A stretch of 64,000 nucleotides of DNA from an uncultured delta proteobacterium (GCA_963771175.1 CAVYSY010000032.1:637766-701765), one strand, 5' to 3'; shown: positions 1 through 11,634, counted from the first letter of the stretch. Program-made: numbers and translations. Notes: generated from the sequence alone by a model not told the origin.

Positions 1-412
1 GGAGCTTGGCGGTGAAGTCTTCGTGCGTGGCCTGCTCGCCCTCCGCCACGGAGTCCAGCCAGGGGGGCAACCTCAGGGACGCGCGCGGCGGGGCGATGCG
101 TTCCGAGGCGTGGGAGAGGGGCATGTGCCCCAGGTCGTGACACAGCACGGCCAGACGCACCGCGGCACTGAAGCGCGCGCGGACATCGGAGGGAAGCGAG
201 GAACGGCCTGCTACAGCGTGGAACAGCCGGGAGGCGACGTGCATGGCCCCGAGCGAGTGGGCGTGCCGGGTGTGGGTGGCGCCTGGGAAGGCCAGGTCGC
301 CGAACCCGAGCTGCCGCACATGGCGCAGCCGCTGGTAGTAGCGGCTGTCGATGACGGCCTTCTCCTCGTCACTCACGTCGATGGTGCCGTGGATGGGGTC
401 GCGAATCCGCAT
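1..412 (-). CDS. HD-domain phosphohydrolase (YwfO/SAMHD1-like), 5' part; runs off window start
   Basis: Not in the ORF track. Manual minus-strand translation from ATG at 412 gives MRIRDPIHGTIDVSDEEKAVIDSRYYQRLRHVRQLGFGDLAFPGATHTRHAHSLGAMH, the typical N-terminus of this family. Confidence 0.88.
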   Translation of the reverse strand, partial: MRIRDPIHGTIDVSDEEKAVIDSRYYQRLRHVRQLGFGDLAFPGATHTRHAHSLGAMHVASRLFHAVAGRSSLPSDVRARFSAAVRLAVLCHDLGHMPLSHASERIAPPRASLRLPPWLDSVAEGEQATHEDFTAKL

Positions 413-521
413 GGTTCTCCTCTCATACTTCCTGGGACTGCACGGCGGCCAGCCAATCAGCCACAGCAGACTGTCATCCCCCCAGGGGACGTGCTAACCC
501 TGAATGCACTCAGCACCCCGC

Positions 522-1647
522 ATGCACATCGCCATCCTGTACAACCGAGACCACGAGCTGTTGGAGGACGACCCGGGTCGGGAGGCGCGAGAAGACGTAA
601 CGCGCGTGGCCGCCGCGCTCTCCGAGGCCCTCTCCCGAGGCGACGTCCACGCCGAGCCGCTCGCCGTCGAGGGCTCCCGGCTGGAGTTCGTGGACCTGCT
701 CGCTCGGATGCAGCCCGACCTGGTCATCAACCTCTGCGAGTCCATGGCCGCCGACAGCCGGGGGGAGATGATCGTTCCCTGCCTGCTGGACATGCTGGGC
801 CTGCCCTTCACCGGCTCGCCCGCCCTGTCGCTGGGCCTGGCCCTGCACAAGGACAAGGCCAAGGAGCTGCTCCGGGCGCGCGGCGTCTCCACCCCGGGCT
901 TCGCGCGGGTGGAGCGGCTCGAGGACGTGGGCACGGTGGACCTGCCCTTCCCCCTCATCGTCAAGCCCTCGCGCGAGGACGCCAGCGTGGGCATCAGCAA
1001 CGACTCGGTGGTGCACGACCGGGCCGCCCTGGGCCGCGCGGTGGAGGCGGTGCTGCGCACCTTCCACCAGCCCGCCATCGTGGAGCAGTTCATCGCCGGG
1101 CGTGAAATCTACGTCCCGCTGCTGGGCAACCACCCGCGCCGGGCCCTGCCGCTCACGGAGATCCGCTTCGGGAAGATCTTCGAGGACCGGCCCAACATCG
1201 TCACCTACGCGGCGAAGTGGGAGACTGACCTCGGCCGACTACCAGCAGACCCCGTCGGGACTGTGCCAGCTCGAGGACCCCGCGCTGGAGGCCCGCATCG
1301 TCCAGACGGCGATGGCGGCCTTCGCCGCGCTGGAGTGCCGGGACTACGGGCGCGTGGACCTCCGGGTCTCGCCCCAGGGCGTGCCGTACGTCATCGACAT
1401 CAACCCCAACTGCGACCTCCACCCCGAGGCGGGATTCGCCAAGGCCGCGCGCGCGGCCGGCATCGACTACCCCGCCCTGGCCACACGACTGGTGGAGATC
1501 GCACTCGAGAGAACCCATGGACATCAGACCCCTCGAAGGAAAGGATCGGGAGCCACTCGCTTCGTTGATCCATCGAATCGAAACGTTCTCGCCGGAAGAA
1601 ATGACGGTCGCCGTCGAGCTCGTCGATCTCGCGCTTCAGCCGAATAA
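522..1647 (+). CDS. D-Ala-D-Ala ligase-like ATP-grasp protein (frameshift near 1230)
   Basis: Motifs VINLCES, LPFTGS, IVKPSREDASVGI, IVEQFIAGRE in ORF 504..1568, continuing as CRDYGRVDLR..VIDINPNCDL in ORF 1102..1647. Confidence 0.85.
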
Positions 1648-1985
1648 CCCCGACTACAAGATTCTCGTCGCGGACCGGGACGGGAAGCTCGTGGGCTACG
1701 TGTGCTACGGCCCCACGCCGATGACCGAGGGGACGTACGACCTGTACTGGATCGCCTCGGACCCGACGGTGCGCGGCCAGGGCGTGGGCGCCTCGCTGAT
1801 CGCCGGCATGGAGGGGGACCTGCGCCGTCTGAACGCCCGCCTCATCCGCGTGGAGACGAGCGCCACCGAGGCCTACGGCCCCACCCGCGGCTTCTACGCC
1901 TCCATGAAGTACACGGAGGAGGCGCGCTATCCGCGACTTCTACAAGGTCGGCGACGACCTGATCATGCTGACCAAGCGAATCTGA
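1517..1985 (+). CDS. GNAT family N-acetyltransferase (frameshift near 1929)
   Basis: YDLYWIASDPTVRGQGVG acetyl-CoA motif and IRVETS..TRGFY; the shifted frame gives IRDFYKVGDDLIMLTKRI then TGA at 1983-1985. Confidence 0.85.
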
Positions 1986-2021
1986 GCGGCTCCAGGTCCC
2001 CACACCGGAGCACGGTGAGTG

Positions 2022-3554
2022 ATGCGACTTCCCAGAAAAGCCCTCCTCCCGATGGGCGCCGCGCTCCTGAGCCTGGCGCTCGTGCAGTGCAAGCAGCAGG
2101 ACAAGGCGCCCGAGGCCGCCCCCAGGGCCCAGACGCAACAGGTCCAGCCAGCCCCCCAGGCCCAGGCTCCGGCCGAGCGCTCCGACGTGCTCGCGGCGCG
2201 CCGGCCCCAGGGCGGCGAGTACATGGGGCTGTACCTGGTGGACAAGAAGGTGGGCTACGTCTTCACCGACGTGGCTCCCGTGCCTGACCGGACCGACCGG
2301 GTGCGCAGCATCAACGAGCTCCACTTCAAGGCCCAGGTGGGCGCGCGAATCTCCGAGCGCATCCACCGAGAGGAGCGCATCTACGAGGCCCGGCCCGGCG
2401 GGAGGCTCGTGGCCTTCACCATCGAGCAGCGCGGGGACGGCGGCAACCAGACGCTGGTGGGCACCGCCACGCCCACCGGAATGAGCGTGGTGCGCAAGCG
2501 TCCGGGGATGCCGAACGAGACGGTGAACCTGCCGCCCACCACGGAGGTGGTGGAGGACGCCGACCAGGTCCGCGTGGCGCTGCTGCGCCAGAAGAAGGTG
2601 GACGGCCACGCGCTGGATGGGACGGACCTCGGCACCTACCCGGTCAGCACCACGGTGGAGGGCACGGAGGAGCGGCTCATCAGCGGGGTGAAGGTGAAGC
2701 TGGGAAAGACCGTCACCCTCTCGCAGAAGGAGAAGGTGCCCGTCACCACCTACGTGACCGACGACGGGCAGGTGCTGGAGGTGCAGTTCGGCGAGACGAT
2801 GCAGGCCCGCGCCGAGCCCGAGACGGTGGCGAAGCGGCTGGACCTGGTGGAGGTGTTCGGCCTCACCCGCGTGGTGCTGCCCAAGGCGCTGCCGGAGCAG
2901 GCGCACGCCATTCCCGGGCAGGTGACGCTGGTGATGACGAACCTGCCGGAGAAGTTCCATCGCGACACCTACCGGCAGAAGTACCAGCGGCAGCCGGACG
3001 GGCGCGTGCAGGTGACGATGTCCGCGCGAGCCCCCGAGCCGAAGAACCTCAAGCCCCGGCCGCTCGCCGACCCCGAGGGCGGTGAGAACCTCAAGTCCTC
3101 CATCATCGTCGAGAGCGACAGCCAGCAGATCCGCGAGCAGGCGGAGCAGCTCGTAGGCGGCGAGAAGGACGCCTACTCGGCGGCGAAGAAGATCGTCACC
3201 TGGGTGGCGACCACGCTGCAGAAGGACTACGGGGCGAGCGCGGACCGGGCCACGGACGTGCTGCGCCAGCGCAAGGGGGACTGCACGGAGCACTCGCTGC
3301 TGGCGGTGTCGCTGCTGCGCGCGGCCGGCATCCCCGCTCGGCGCGTGGACGGCGTCGTCTACATGGTGAACCAGGACGGCGTGCCCGCGCTGTACTGGCA
3401 CGAGTGGGTGGAGGCCTATGTGGGCGAGTGGACCCAGATGGACCCCACCTTCAACCAGGTGGTCGCGGATGCTACCCACTTCGGCGTGGGCCACGAGGCG
3501 AACGCGGAGATCACCCCCCTCATCGGCCAGCTCAAGGTCGTCGAGGTGAAGTAG
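2022..3554 (+). CDS. Transglutaminase-like lipoprotein
   Basis: Signal peptide ending LVQC; catalytic GDCTEH, HEWVE, MDPT. Confidence 0.85.
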   Translation: MRLPRKALLPMGAALLSLALVQCKQQDKAPEAAPRAQTQQVQPAPQAQAPAERSDVLAARRPQGGEYMGLYLVDKKVGYVFTDVAPVPDRTDRVRSINELHFKAQVGARISERIHREERIYEARPGGRLVAFTIEQRGDGGNQTLVGTATPTGMSVVRKRPGMPNETVNLPPTTEVVEDADQVRVALLRQKKVDGHALDGTDLGTYPVSTTVEGTEERLISGVKVKLGKTVTLSQKEKVPVTTYVTDDGQVLEVQFGETMQARAEPETVAKRLDLVEVFGLTRVVLPKALPEQAHAIPGQVTLVMTNLPEKFHRDTYRQKYQRQPDGRVQVTMSARAPEPKNLKPRPLADPEGGENLKSSIIVESDSQQIREQAEQLVGGEKDAYSAAKKIVTWVATTLQKDYGASADRATDVLRQRKGDCTEHSLLAVSLLRAAGIPARRVDGVVYMVNQDGVPALYWHEWVEAYVGEWTQMDPTFNQVVADATHFGVGHEANAEITPLIGQLKVVEVK

Positions 3555-3628
3555 GACCGGGCCTTGGGGACCCCCTTTGCAAGACGTTCGGAAGTCGACT
3601 ATTCAACCCCCGTCTTTGTGACATTTGG

Positions 3629-4915
3629 ATGGGGGTTTTCGTGAACAAGTTGACTCAGAAGTTCCTGGTGGTCTCGCTGCTTGCCCTCGCGGGTTGTGAG
3701 CATGAGGCCAACAGCGGCCGGCTCGTGGGCTTCATCGTGGATGGCCAGACCGGGCAGCGGCTGAACTTCTTCCAGAAGGACGGCAACAAGAACAACCTGG
3801 ACGACGACGCGGACAGCCAGAGCCAGGTGTACGCGGTCATCGACGGCGAGTTCCGTCGCGCGGAGCCGTGCGGCAGCGGCGACGCGAATGACGACAACGG
3901 TATCGAGGCGGATGGGTGCTACCAGATCGATGGCATCCCCGAGGGGATGATCGTCCCCATCTTCGCGCAGGCCCCGGGCTATGAGCGGTTCGTGGGGCAG
4001 TTCTCGTACCCCCTGCTCGACACGGACCAGGAGCGCGCGCAGCACGTGGGGAACATTCGGCTGTTCCCCAAGGGCTTCGCGATGGACTACCGGTTCAACG
4101 TGTCCTTCAACAACCAGCCGGTCGCCAAGGCCCAGGTCATCTGCCAGTACCTGAACGAGAGCAGCAACTCGCTGAGCGTGGTGGGCGACTTCGACAGCTT
4201 CCTCAAGCCGAAGAACACCGGCACCACCACGGTCACCGCCACCTCGGGTGATGACGGCGTGGCGGTCATCCCGGGCGCGCAGCTCGTCAATGGCGCCGCC
4301 TACCACTGCGAGGCGGTGCTGAGCGAGGCCCTCGACGGGCGGACGCTGGCGGGCCAGGGCGACATCACGGCCGGTGTGAGCCAGGCCGAGCAGCGGATGG
4401 CCCTGGCGGCCAATACCGCGACGGACTCCTACCTCTACGCCGTGCGCTCCAACGCGGACAACGCCGACACGCTGATGGGCGGGAATGGCAAGCTCGTCAT
4501 CAGCTTCAACCGTCCGGTGGAGATCGTCCCGGGTACGGTTGACTGCCAGGTGGCCACCGCGAGCATTCTCTACCCGGACGGCGACACCACGACCGGCCTG
4601 CTCAACGGGAACAACCCAAACAACAATGCATCGGAGCAGGTCACGACTGACCTTTCCGCCGATGGGCTCACGCTGACGGTGGGATTCAAGGCGGAGTCCG
4701 CGTTCGACCCGGATGACCGGGGAACCTCCATCGCCTTCAGCGGCATCGTGCTGCGCCCGCGCGGCAGCGGCGACACCCAGCAGGTGCGCAGCATCGGTGG
4801 CGTGGGCACCTGCTCGGCGGCCGCTGGGCTCTCGACGACGCCTCTGGCGAATCAGCGTCTCACCACGGATTACCGCTTCCCCGAGGACCAGCCCAGCACC
4901 ATCAATCTCTACTAG
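3629..4915 (+). CDS. Uncharacterised beta-rich lipoprotein
   Basis: Lipobox LALAGC, high GC3 codon usage, terminator immediately after. Start is ATG 3629 or GTG 3641. Confidence 0.7.
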   Translation: MGVFVNKLTQKFLVVSLLALAGCEHEANSGRLVGFIVDGQTGQRLNFFQKDGNKNNLDDDADSQSQVYAVIDGEFRRAEPCGSGDANDDNGIEADGCYQIDGIPEGMIVPIFAQAPGYERFVGQFSYPLLDTDQERAQHVGNIRLFPKGFAMDYRFNVSFNNQPVAKAQVICQYLNESSNSLSVVGDFDSFLKPKNTGTTTVTATSGDDGVAVIPGAQLVNGAAYHCEAVLSEALDGRTLAGQGDITAGVSQAEQRMALAANTATDSYLYAVRSNADNADTLMGGNGKLVISFNRPVEIVPGTVDCQVATASILYPDGDTTTGLLNGNNPNNNASEQVTTDLSADGLTLTVGFKAESAFDPDDRGTSIAFSGIVLRPRGSGDTQQVRSIGGVGTCSAAAGLSTTPLANQRLTTDYRFPEDQPSTINLY

Positions 4916-4933
4916 AGCCATTGATGCTGTCCC

Positions 4934-4969
4934 GGGGCGAGCATGCATTCCATGCTCGCCCCTTTTTTT
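4934..4969 (+). terminator. Rho-independent terminator
   Basis: GGGGCGAGCATG-CATTC-CATGCTCGCCCC (12-bp stem) followed by T7. Confidence 0.9.
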
Positions 4970-5377
4970 GCGGCATAGCTCATGCCGAGCATTTCCATGA
5001 ACTGCGTCAGCTTCCCTTCAAGCAGGTCCGTGAAGGAGCAGCGCTGAGCATCCTGTCCTCTGCCCTGCTGATGGCTGGCCCGCCGGTCCTGATCAGCTGG
5101 ATGCGAAGGACAGACCGTCTCACATGACGGACGCCAGTATGCGATCCGGGATACATCTTGGGTCTCTTGGCCGCGTAAAGGCGCGAAATAACAGGGGCGT
5201 GGTACTGGCGTCCGAATTGCTGAGCCCCGGACAGCCGCACTCCAGCGGCCAGCCCGCAAGCACCTTCACCGAGGTTTGCGAACAACCTTCGGCCGCCTCG
5301 GCCAGCTCCGGTCTTGCGTGGTCTCACCCACTGCGCAGGTCCGCTTCTTCTTGAACCCACTTCAAGGAGCATACGCA

Positions 5378-7102
5378 ATGCGTTTGAAGCTGTTATTGCC
5401 ACTCATCGTTACGGCGACTCTTGGACAAGCATGTATCGAATTGCCTGATATCGACAGTCCAAGCAATGCGGGAGGAGACAACCCGAGCAATGATGACGAT
5501 GCGGGAACAACGCCCCAGAAGCACCCACCTGAAGTGATGGAAACCCGCCAAACAGCCAATTCGATTCCAGGTGGAGGTATCATCACCCTCCGCATCGGTG
5601 CTCGGGACCCACAGGACAGCTTGCTCGGTTTTTCGTGGGAAGCCAGCGCTGGAACGCTCGGCGCTCAAGCGAGCACCGCGACCTCCAGCGAAGTGGGTTG
5701 GACGGCACCGACCTGTGGCTCCTCGCCCCTCCGAAGCAACAGCCACCATCACGGCCACCGTAACCAACGCACTGGGCCTATCCATCACCAAGAGCTTCAA
5801 CGTCAAGGGGACCTGCTACTCGCCGGAGATCGCAGAAACCCAACAGTCGGCCCTCGGTCGCATCGGACGGAGCAACGGTCACGCTTCAGTCTCACCGCGC
5901 GTGACCCCCAGAGCAGTGCGCTCAGCTTCTCGTGGCGTTCCACTGGCGGAAGCCTCGGCACTCCGACAAGCACAAACACCGTCAGCGAGATTATTTGGGC
6001 AGCGCCGACCTGCAGTTCTTCATCTCCGAAGGCAAGCGACCACGACCATCACGGGTCACGGTAACCAACGCACTGGGCCTCTCCACGTCTGCGAGTTTCA
6101 ACGTCACGGCCACTTGTCCGAGGTGGCTCCCAACCCCCGTCATGGCCTCGGCTCGCGCTGCAGCCACACGGCCACCCTGCTCTCATCAGGGAAGGTACTC
6201 GTAACGGGCGGAGCCGCGAACATCGCTACGGCAGAGCTATACGACCCGACCACCGGCACATGGTCTTCCACCAAGCAGCATGGCCTCCGCTCGTTCCTTT
6301 CACGCCGCCACCCTGCTCAATTCTGGCAAGGTACTGGTCACAGGCGGGACCAGCGATGGCACAACCTTCCTGCAAACGGCGGAGGTGTATGACCCTGCTA
6401 CTGGCACCTGGTCATCCACTGGCAGCATGGCTTCTGCCCGTTATCGCCACACCTCCACTTTGCTGCCCTCAGGTAAGGTGCTGGTCACGGGCGGATACAG
6501 AGGCAGTGGCGACCGCAACTGCAGCGGAAATATACGATCCCAGCACTGGCAGTTGGGCTTCTGCTGGCAACATGACCGCAATACGCACTGGGCACACCGC
6601 TACCGTTCTCAACTCTGGCGAAGTGTTAGTGGCTGGTTACGGCTCGGCGGATTTGTATAACCCGACTACCGGCACATGGAAGCCCACTCCCACCCGAATG
6701 GTCTTCGATCGCAACGGCCACACCGCCACCCTACTACCCTCGGGCACTGGTACTCGTGACGGGTGGAGAATCAGCGGCAGCAGCAATCTCTCCACAGCAG
6801 AGGTGTATGACCCAACCACTGGAATCTGGACCTCTACCGGTAGCATGGCGTCCGTACGAGCCTATCACACCGCCATATTGCTTCCCTCAGGCAAGGTACT
6901 GGTAACAGGTGGATCCCAAGATTCGGGCGGTGCCGACAAAGTCGCCACGGTGGAGTTGTATGACCCAACCACTGGCACCTGGTCTTCCACAGTCAGCATG
7001 TTGGCGGCCCGTTCGCGTCACACCGCCACCCTGCTGCACTCGAATAACGTGCTAGTCGCTGGCAGCAGCAACAATCCCATGGCTGAAGTCTACGAGCCTT
7101 GA
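5378..7102 (+). CDS. Kelch-repeat lipoprotein with two Ig/PKD-like domains (several frameshifts; may be a pseudogene)
   Basis: RBS AAGGAG, lipobox LGQAC, two copies of ARDPQ..L.FSW....G.LG, then repeated [23 protein letters not shown] units split across frames. Confidence 0.75.
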
Positions 7103-7181
7103 TTCTCGCCCTGAACCCAGAGGGCGGCGAGTCCTGCGGAACTTCAGCTATCGCATCCGCTGCTGGACAAGAGCCATGCCA

Positions 7182-9323
7182 TCAGGGTGTGGCTCTTGTC
7201 GCTCGAGCGCGGTCATGACCGCATGTGCTCAACACCCCGCTGGACACCAGGGCCAACTTCTTCGCGAGCTCGCCCGTCTCCGTGATGGGCGGCTCGCAGG
7301 CGAAGTGGCGGCACAGGTACGCGGCTCCCCGGCTGCCCACCGGCTCGCGTCCCTCGAAATTCTCGCACATCGACGGTGGCACCGGCGCTCCCGGCTCCTT
7401 CCAGGCGAAGCCGAACGTGGGGGCGTAGGTCGTCCGTGTCACCGCCAGCAGCGGCGCCACTGCTTCTCGCGTCCCCGCGAAGGTGACGCTCGGCGCTCCC
7501 TCCACCAGTGCGTCCGCGGCCATGCCCAGGTGCCCGTAGCCCATCGGGTTCTCCCGGAGCTGGTCCCGCATCCGTGACACGTAGCTCTCCGGCAGGTCCA
7601 GGTACTTCTTGTTCCCCGTGAGTGCCGCCAGCGCCACCTGCGCCTCCGTCAGCGTCGAGGCCCCCGAGGGGAAGGCGTTGTCGAACGTCGCGTAATTGGC
7701 CACCACCAGGTCCTGCTGCCCCACCGGTGCCGTCAGATAGGCCTGCTTCCGTGCATCCCAGAAGTGCGCCTCCGCCACCTTCACCAGCGCCTCCGCCGCC
7801 TCCAGGTACTTCGGCTCGAAGGTGGCCTGGTACAGCGCGGTGAGTCCCGCGGCCAGGTCTCCGTAGTCCTCGATGAAGCCAGGAATGCGCGCCTGCCCCT
7901 CCTGGTACGAGCGCCGCAGGTTCTGTCCGTCCCACAGCTCCTTCAGGACGAAGTCCGCTGAACGCCTCGCCAGCGCCACCCAGTCCGCTCGGTCGAAGAC
8001 GCGCCCCGCGAAGGCCAGGCCCCGAATCATCAGCCCGTTCCACCCCGCGAGGATCTTCTCGTCCCGCCCTGGCTTCACCCGCTTCTCCCGCGCCTCGAAG
8101 AGCCGGCGGCGTGCCTCGCTCAGTCGGCGCTCCACTTCCTCCACCGGGAGCTGCAAGTCCCTCGCGAGCTCCTCCACCGAGACCACCGCCTCCAGCACCG
8201 TGGCACCGTGCTCGAAGTTGCCTCCCGGGGTGATGCGGAAGTGGCGCAGCGCCACCTCGGCCAGCTCGGGCGGGAGCACCTCGCGCACCTGCTCGGGCTT
8301 CCAGACGAAGAACTTCCCCTCCTCGCCCTCGCTGTCCGCGTCCTGGGTGGCGTAGAAGCCGCCGCGCGCGTCCGTCATCTCGCGCCGCACGTACTCCGCC
8401 GTCTCCTCCACCACCTTGCGCCACAGCGGCCGCGGCTCCACCTGGTACGCCTCCGTGTACAGGTGCAGCAGTTGCGCGTTGTCGTACAGCATCTTCTCGA
8501 AGTGCGGCACCGTCCACCGCTCGTCCACCGAGTAGCGGTGGAAGCCGCCTCCGAGCTGATCGTAGATGCCGCCCCTCGCCATCCGCTCCAGCGTCAGCAG
8601 CACCGCCTTCTTCAGCGCCTCGTTGCCACTGTTGCGCCTCCAGGCCCGCAGCAGGATCGCCACGTTCATCGGGTTGGGAAACTTGGGCGCTCCGCCAAAA
8701 CCTCCGTTCACCCCGTCCACCCGGCGCAGCATGGACTCGCCCATCGCCACGATGTCCTCGGCCTTCAGCGCCGACGGAGCCGCGTCCAGGCCGTAGCTGG
8801 CCAGCTCGCCCAGCCCCTCGCGGAACTCCTCCGACTGGCGCCGCACGTCGTCCCGCTTCGTCTCCCAGGCGTTGTGCAGCGCCTCCAGCACCTTCGGGAA
8901 GCCCGGCCTCCCGTACTTGTCCTTCGGCGGGAAGTACGTGCCTCCGTAGAAGGGCAGCAGTTCCGGCGTCAGGAACACCGTCAGCGGCCACCCGCCTCCC
9001 TGCCCCATGAGCTGCACCACGCCCTGGTAGATTTGATCCACATCCGGCCGCTCCTCGCGGTCCACCTTCACGTTGATGAACCACTCGTTCATCAACCGGG
9101 CGATGGCCGGGTCCTCGAAGGACTCGTGGGCCATCACGTGGCACCAGTGGCAGGCCGAGTAGCCCACCGACAGGAGGATGGGCTTGTTCTCCGCCCGGGC
9201 CCGCGCGAAGGCCTCGTCACCCCAGGCGTACCAGTCCACCGGGTTGCTGGCGTGCTGCCGCAGATAGGGCGAGGGCTCTCTCGCGAGGCGGTTTCGCGCA
9301 CCGGACGACGGCGTCTGGGCCAT
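7182..9323 (-). CDS. YyaL/SSP411-like thioredoxin domain-containing protein
   Basis: [60 protein letters not shown]; start ATG 9323. Confidence 0.92.
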   Translation of the reverse strand: MAQTPSSGARNRLAREPSPYLRQHASNPVDWYAWGDEAFARARAENKPILLSVGYSACHWCHVMAHESFEDPAIARLMNEWFINVKVDREERPDVDQIYQGVVQLMGQGGGWPLTVFLTPELLPFYGGTYFPPKDKYGRPGFPKVLEALHNAWETKRDDVRRQSEEFREGLGELASYGLDAAPSALKAEDIVAMGESMLRRVDGVNGGFGGAPKFPNPMNVAILLRAWRRNSGNEALKKAVLLTLERMARGGIYDQLGGGFHRYSVDERWTVPHFEKMLYDNAQLLHLYTEAYQVEPRPLWRKVVEETAEYVRREMTDARGGFYATQDADSEGEEGKFFVWKPEQVREVLPPELAEVALRHFRITPGGNFEHGATVLEAVVSVEELARDLQLPVEEVERRLSEARRRLFEAREKRVKPGRDEKILAGWNGLMIRGLAFAGRVFDRADWVALARRSADFVLKELWDGQNLRRSYQEGQARIPGFIEDYGDLAAGLTALYQATFEPKYLEAAEALVKVAEAHFWDARKQAYLTAPVGQQDLVVANYATFDNAFPSGASTLTEAQVALAALTGNKKYLDLPESYVSRMRDQLRENPMGYGHLGMAADALVEGAPSVTFAGTREAVAPLLAVTRTTYAPTFGFAWKEPGAPVPPSMCENFEGREPVGSRGAAYLCRHFACEPPITETGELAKKLALVSSGVLSTCGHDRARATRATP

Positions 9324-9485
9324 GGGGCTCTCCTGGCGTGGGGGGAAGGACGGGGTGAGATAAGGGACACCGACAGCGCGGGCAAGCTTCTCCAAGGGTA
9401 TGTGTCCCCCGGTACGATGCGGAGCGTTCAGGGACGGGCAGAAACAGGCTGGGCAAAGGCCCGCAAGTGCGCTTTGTCCAGGGAC

Positions 9486-10844
9486 GTGGTCGACCCCCGC
9501 CCCACCCGAGTCCCCTCCCCCGTGACGCTCAGCCTCGTGCTGCTGGTGCTGAGCGCCGGAGTGCGGCTCGTGCTCGCGCTGGGCACGGACGTCTACTTCG
9601 ACGAGGCCTACTACTGGCAGTGGGGCCGGCACCTCGACTGGGGCTACTACGACCACCCGCCTCTGGTGGCCTGGCTCATCGCCGCGCTCGGCATCCGGCT
9701 CTCGGCCCTGCTGTGTGGAGCGGGGACCGTCGCCGCCGTGTGGGGGCTCGCTCGCGACGTGTATGGCGACCACTCGGCGGCCTGGCGCGCGGCCGCGCTG
9801 TGGAGCGTGGTGCCCGCGGGCATCGTCGCCGGCGTATGGGCCACCCCGGACACGCCCCTGCTGCTCTGCTGGGCGCTCGCGCTGTGGGCGCTGTATCGCG
9901 AGCGGTGGGTGCTGGCGGGGCTCGCCTGTGGGCTGGCGCTGCTGTCCAAGTACCCGGGCGTGCTGCTCTCCGTGGCCTTCGTCGCCGCCTGCGTGCGCGC
10001 ACGCCGCCTGCCCGCCGGAGCGTGGCTCACCGCGCTCCTCGGGGTGCTCCTCTTCCTGCCCGTGGTGCTGTGGAACGCGCGGCATGAGTGGGTGGGCTTC
10101 GCCTTCCAGCTCAAGCACGGCCTCGGAGGCACGGGCGGGTGGCGCACCTTCGGCGAGTTCCTCGCGGGCCAACTCGCGCTCGGTGGCGCGGTGCTGCTCC
10201 CGCTGACACTCGTGTACGTCTTCCGAGGCCCCCGCGAGCAGTTCCTCCTGCGCGCGGCGGCGCTCGCTCCCCTCCTCCTGTTCGGCTACGCCGCCCTCCG
10301 CACCCGAGGCGAGGCCAACTGGCCAGCGGCCGCGTACCTCTCCGCGTGCGTGGGCATCGCCGGCATGCGCCCCGGGTGGTTCCGCGCCGCGGCCCTCGCC
10401 AACCTCGCCGTGGTGCTCGCGGTGGGCTCACACCTGCTCTTCCCCGTGCTGCGCTTCCAGCGCGACGTCCTCCTCGCGCGCACCCACGGGTGGGCGGAAC
10501 TGGCGCAGCTCGGAGAGACCTCCCAGCTCTTCCCCGGCCTCACGCGCGAGGACGTGGCCGTGGTGTACGCACCCAGCTACCAGCTCGCCTCCGAGGTGGC
10601 GTACTACGCCCGGTTGCCCGTGGACACGGCAGGCGGGGCCCGCCGCAGCCAGTACGACCTCTGGCCGAAGCCGCCAGTGGCACCGGGGCAGGATGTGCTG
10701 TGGCTCTCCGAGGGCCGGGAGCCTCCCGAGGAGCTGGTCGCTCGCTTCTCCTCGGTGGAGGGGCCGGTGGTGCTGCCCGCCGACTTCCGCGGGCGACTCG
10801 TCCACACCTTCTCCGTCTGGCGCCTGCGCGACGCGAAGCCCTGA
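9486..10844 (+). CDS. ArnT/PMT (GT39-like) membrane glycosyltransferase
   Basis: [31 protein letters not shown] and many transmembrane segments; start approximate. Confidence 0.85.
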   Translation: MVDPRPTRVPSPVTLSLVLLVLSAGVRLVLALGTDVYFDEAYYWQWGRHLDWGYYDHPPLVAWLIAALGIRLSALLCGAGTVAAVWGLARDVYGDHSAAWRAAALWSVVPAGIVAGVWATPDTPLLLCWALALWALYRERWVLAGLACGLALLSKYPGVLLSVAFVAACVRARRLPAGAWLTALLGVLLFLPVVLWNARHEWVGFAFQLKHGLGGTGGWRTFGEFLAGQLALGGAVLLPLTLVYVFRGPREQFLLRAAALAPLLLFGYAALRTRGEANWPAAAYLSACVGIAGMRPGWFRAAALANLAVVLAVGSHLLFPVLRFQRDVLLARTHGWAELAQLGETSQLFPGLTREDVAVVYAPSYQLASEVAYYARLPVDTAGGARRSQYDLWPKPPVAPGQDVLWLSEGREPPEELVARFSSVEGPVVLPADFRGRLVHTFSVWRLRDAKP

Positions 10845-10871
10845 GGACCCGGAGGCAAGAAGACCGAGGCG

Positions 10872-10898
10872 GGGAGACAGGTTCAAAGCCTGTCTCCC
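10872..10898. terminator. Hairpin between convergent genes
   Basis: GGGAGACAGG-TTCAAAG-CCTGTCTCCC perfect 10-bp stem; no U-tract. Confidence 0.5.
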
Positions 10899-10908
10899 TG
10901 GCCAGCAT

Positions 10909-11634
10909 TCAGTACGCCTCGGCCGGACTCTCCCAGGCCGCCGAGCTGGACGGCTTCTCCGCGCGGCTCGACGTCAGCTCCGCGAGCATCCGCTCCCCCT
11001 CCAGCTCATCGATGGGGGTGAAGCGCTCGAGGTCCGGGCGGTAGGCATGCACCCGCGCGTTGCCGATGTCGAACCACCAGCCGTGCAGTCGCAGGGTGCC
11101 CGCCGCCAGGCGCTCGCGCACCAGGGGATAGGAGCGCAGGTGCTCGATCTGCTGCAGCACGTTGAGCTGGCTGAGCCGGTCCGCCGGAGGCAGCCCCTCG
11201 CCCACCTTTCCACCGCGCTCGAAGGCGGCCAGGGCGGGGCGGCCCACGTCCAGCCAGCTGCTGAGGTTGGGAGTCTTCTGGTCGTTGTACCCCGCCAGCA
11301 CCGCCTTCATGGCGCCGCAGCCGGAGTGCCCGCACACCACGATGTCCTTCACCGGCAGGCTCAGCAGGGAGAACTCCAGGGCCGCCGCCTCGGAGCGGTC
11401 GCTCAGCGACAGGCCCGCCGCGTCCGAGGGCGGCACCATGTTGCCCACGTTGCGCATGACGAAGAGGTCACCCGGGTTGGTGGACGCGAAGAGGTTGGGC
11501 ACCACGCGGCTGTCGGAGCAGGCAATGAAGAGACAGTCGGGGGACTGTCCATGGGCCAGGCGCGCGAAGGTGGCGCGGTAGGCGGGAAAGCCGTGACGCT
11601 GGAAATCGAGGAGACCCTGAACGAGCTTCTTCAT
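10909..11634 (-). CDS. Beta-class carbonic anhydrase
   Basis: Zn-ligand motifs IACSDSRV and CGHSGCGAM, plus RNVGN; start overlaps the SulP stop (TGATG). Confidence 0.93.
   Translation of the reverse strand: MKKLVQGLLDFQRHGFPAYRATFARLAHGQSPDCLFIACSDSRVVPNLFASTNPGDLFVMRNVGNMVPPSDAAGLSLSDRSEAAALEFSLLSLPVKDIVVCGHSGCGAMKAVLAGYNDQKTPNLSSWLDVGRPALAAFERGGKVGEGLPPADRLSQLNVLQQIEHLRSYPLVRERLAAGTLRLHGWWFDIGNARVHAYRPDLERFTPIDELEGERMLAELTSSRAEKPSSSAAWESPAEAY

Noticed and set aside
23..1105. 360-aa plus-strand ORF, and the many other long Arg/Gly/Pro-rich ORFs in the track
   Set aside because: Shadow frames of high-GC genes; they overlap well-supported CDSs and show no motifs.
3564..3581. Possible sigma54 motif TGGGGACCCCCTTTGCA before the 3629 lipoprotein
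   Set aside because: Spacing fits but the -24 element is poor (GGGGAC) and there is no supporting UAS.
4970..5377. Short ORFs or ncRNA upstream of the kelch gene
   Set aside because: No RBS, codon bias or recognisable RNA structure that I can support.
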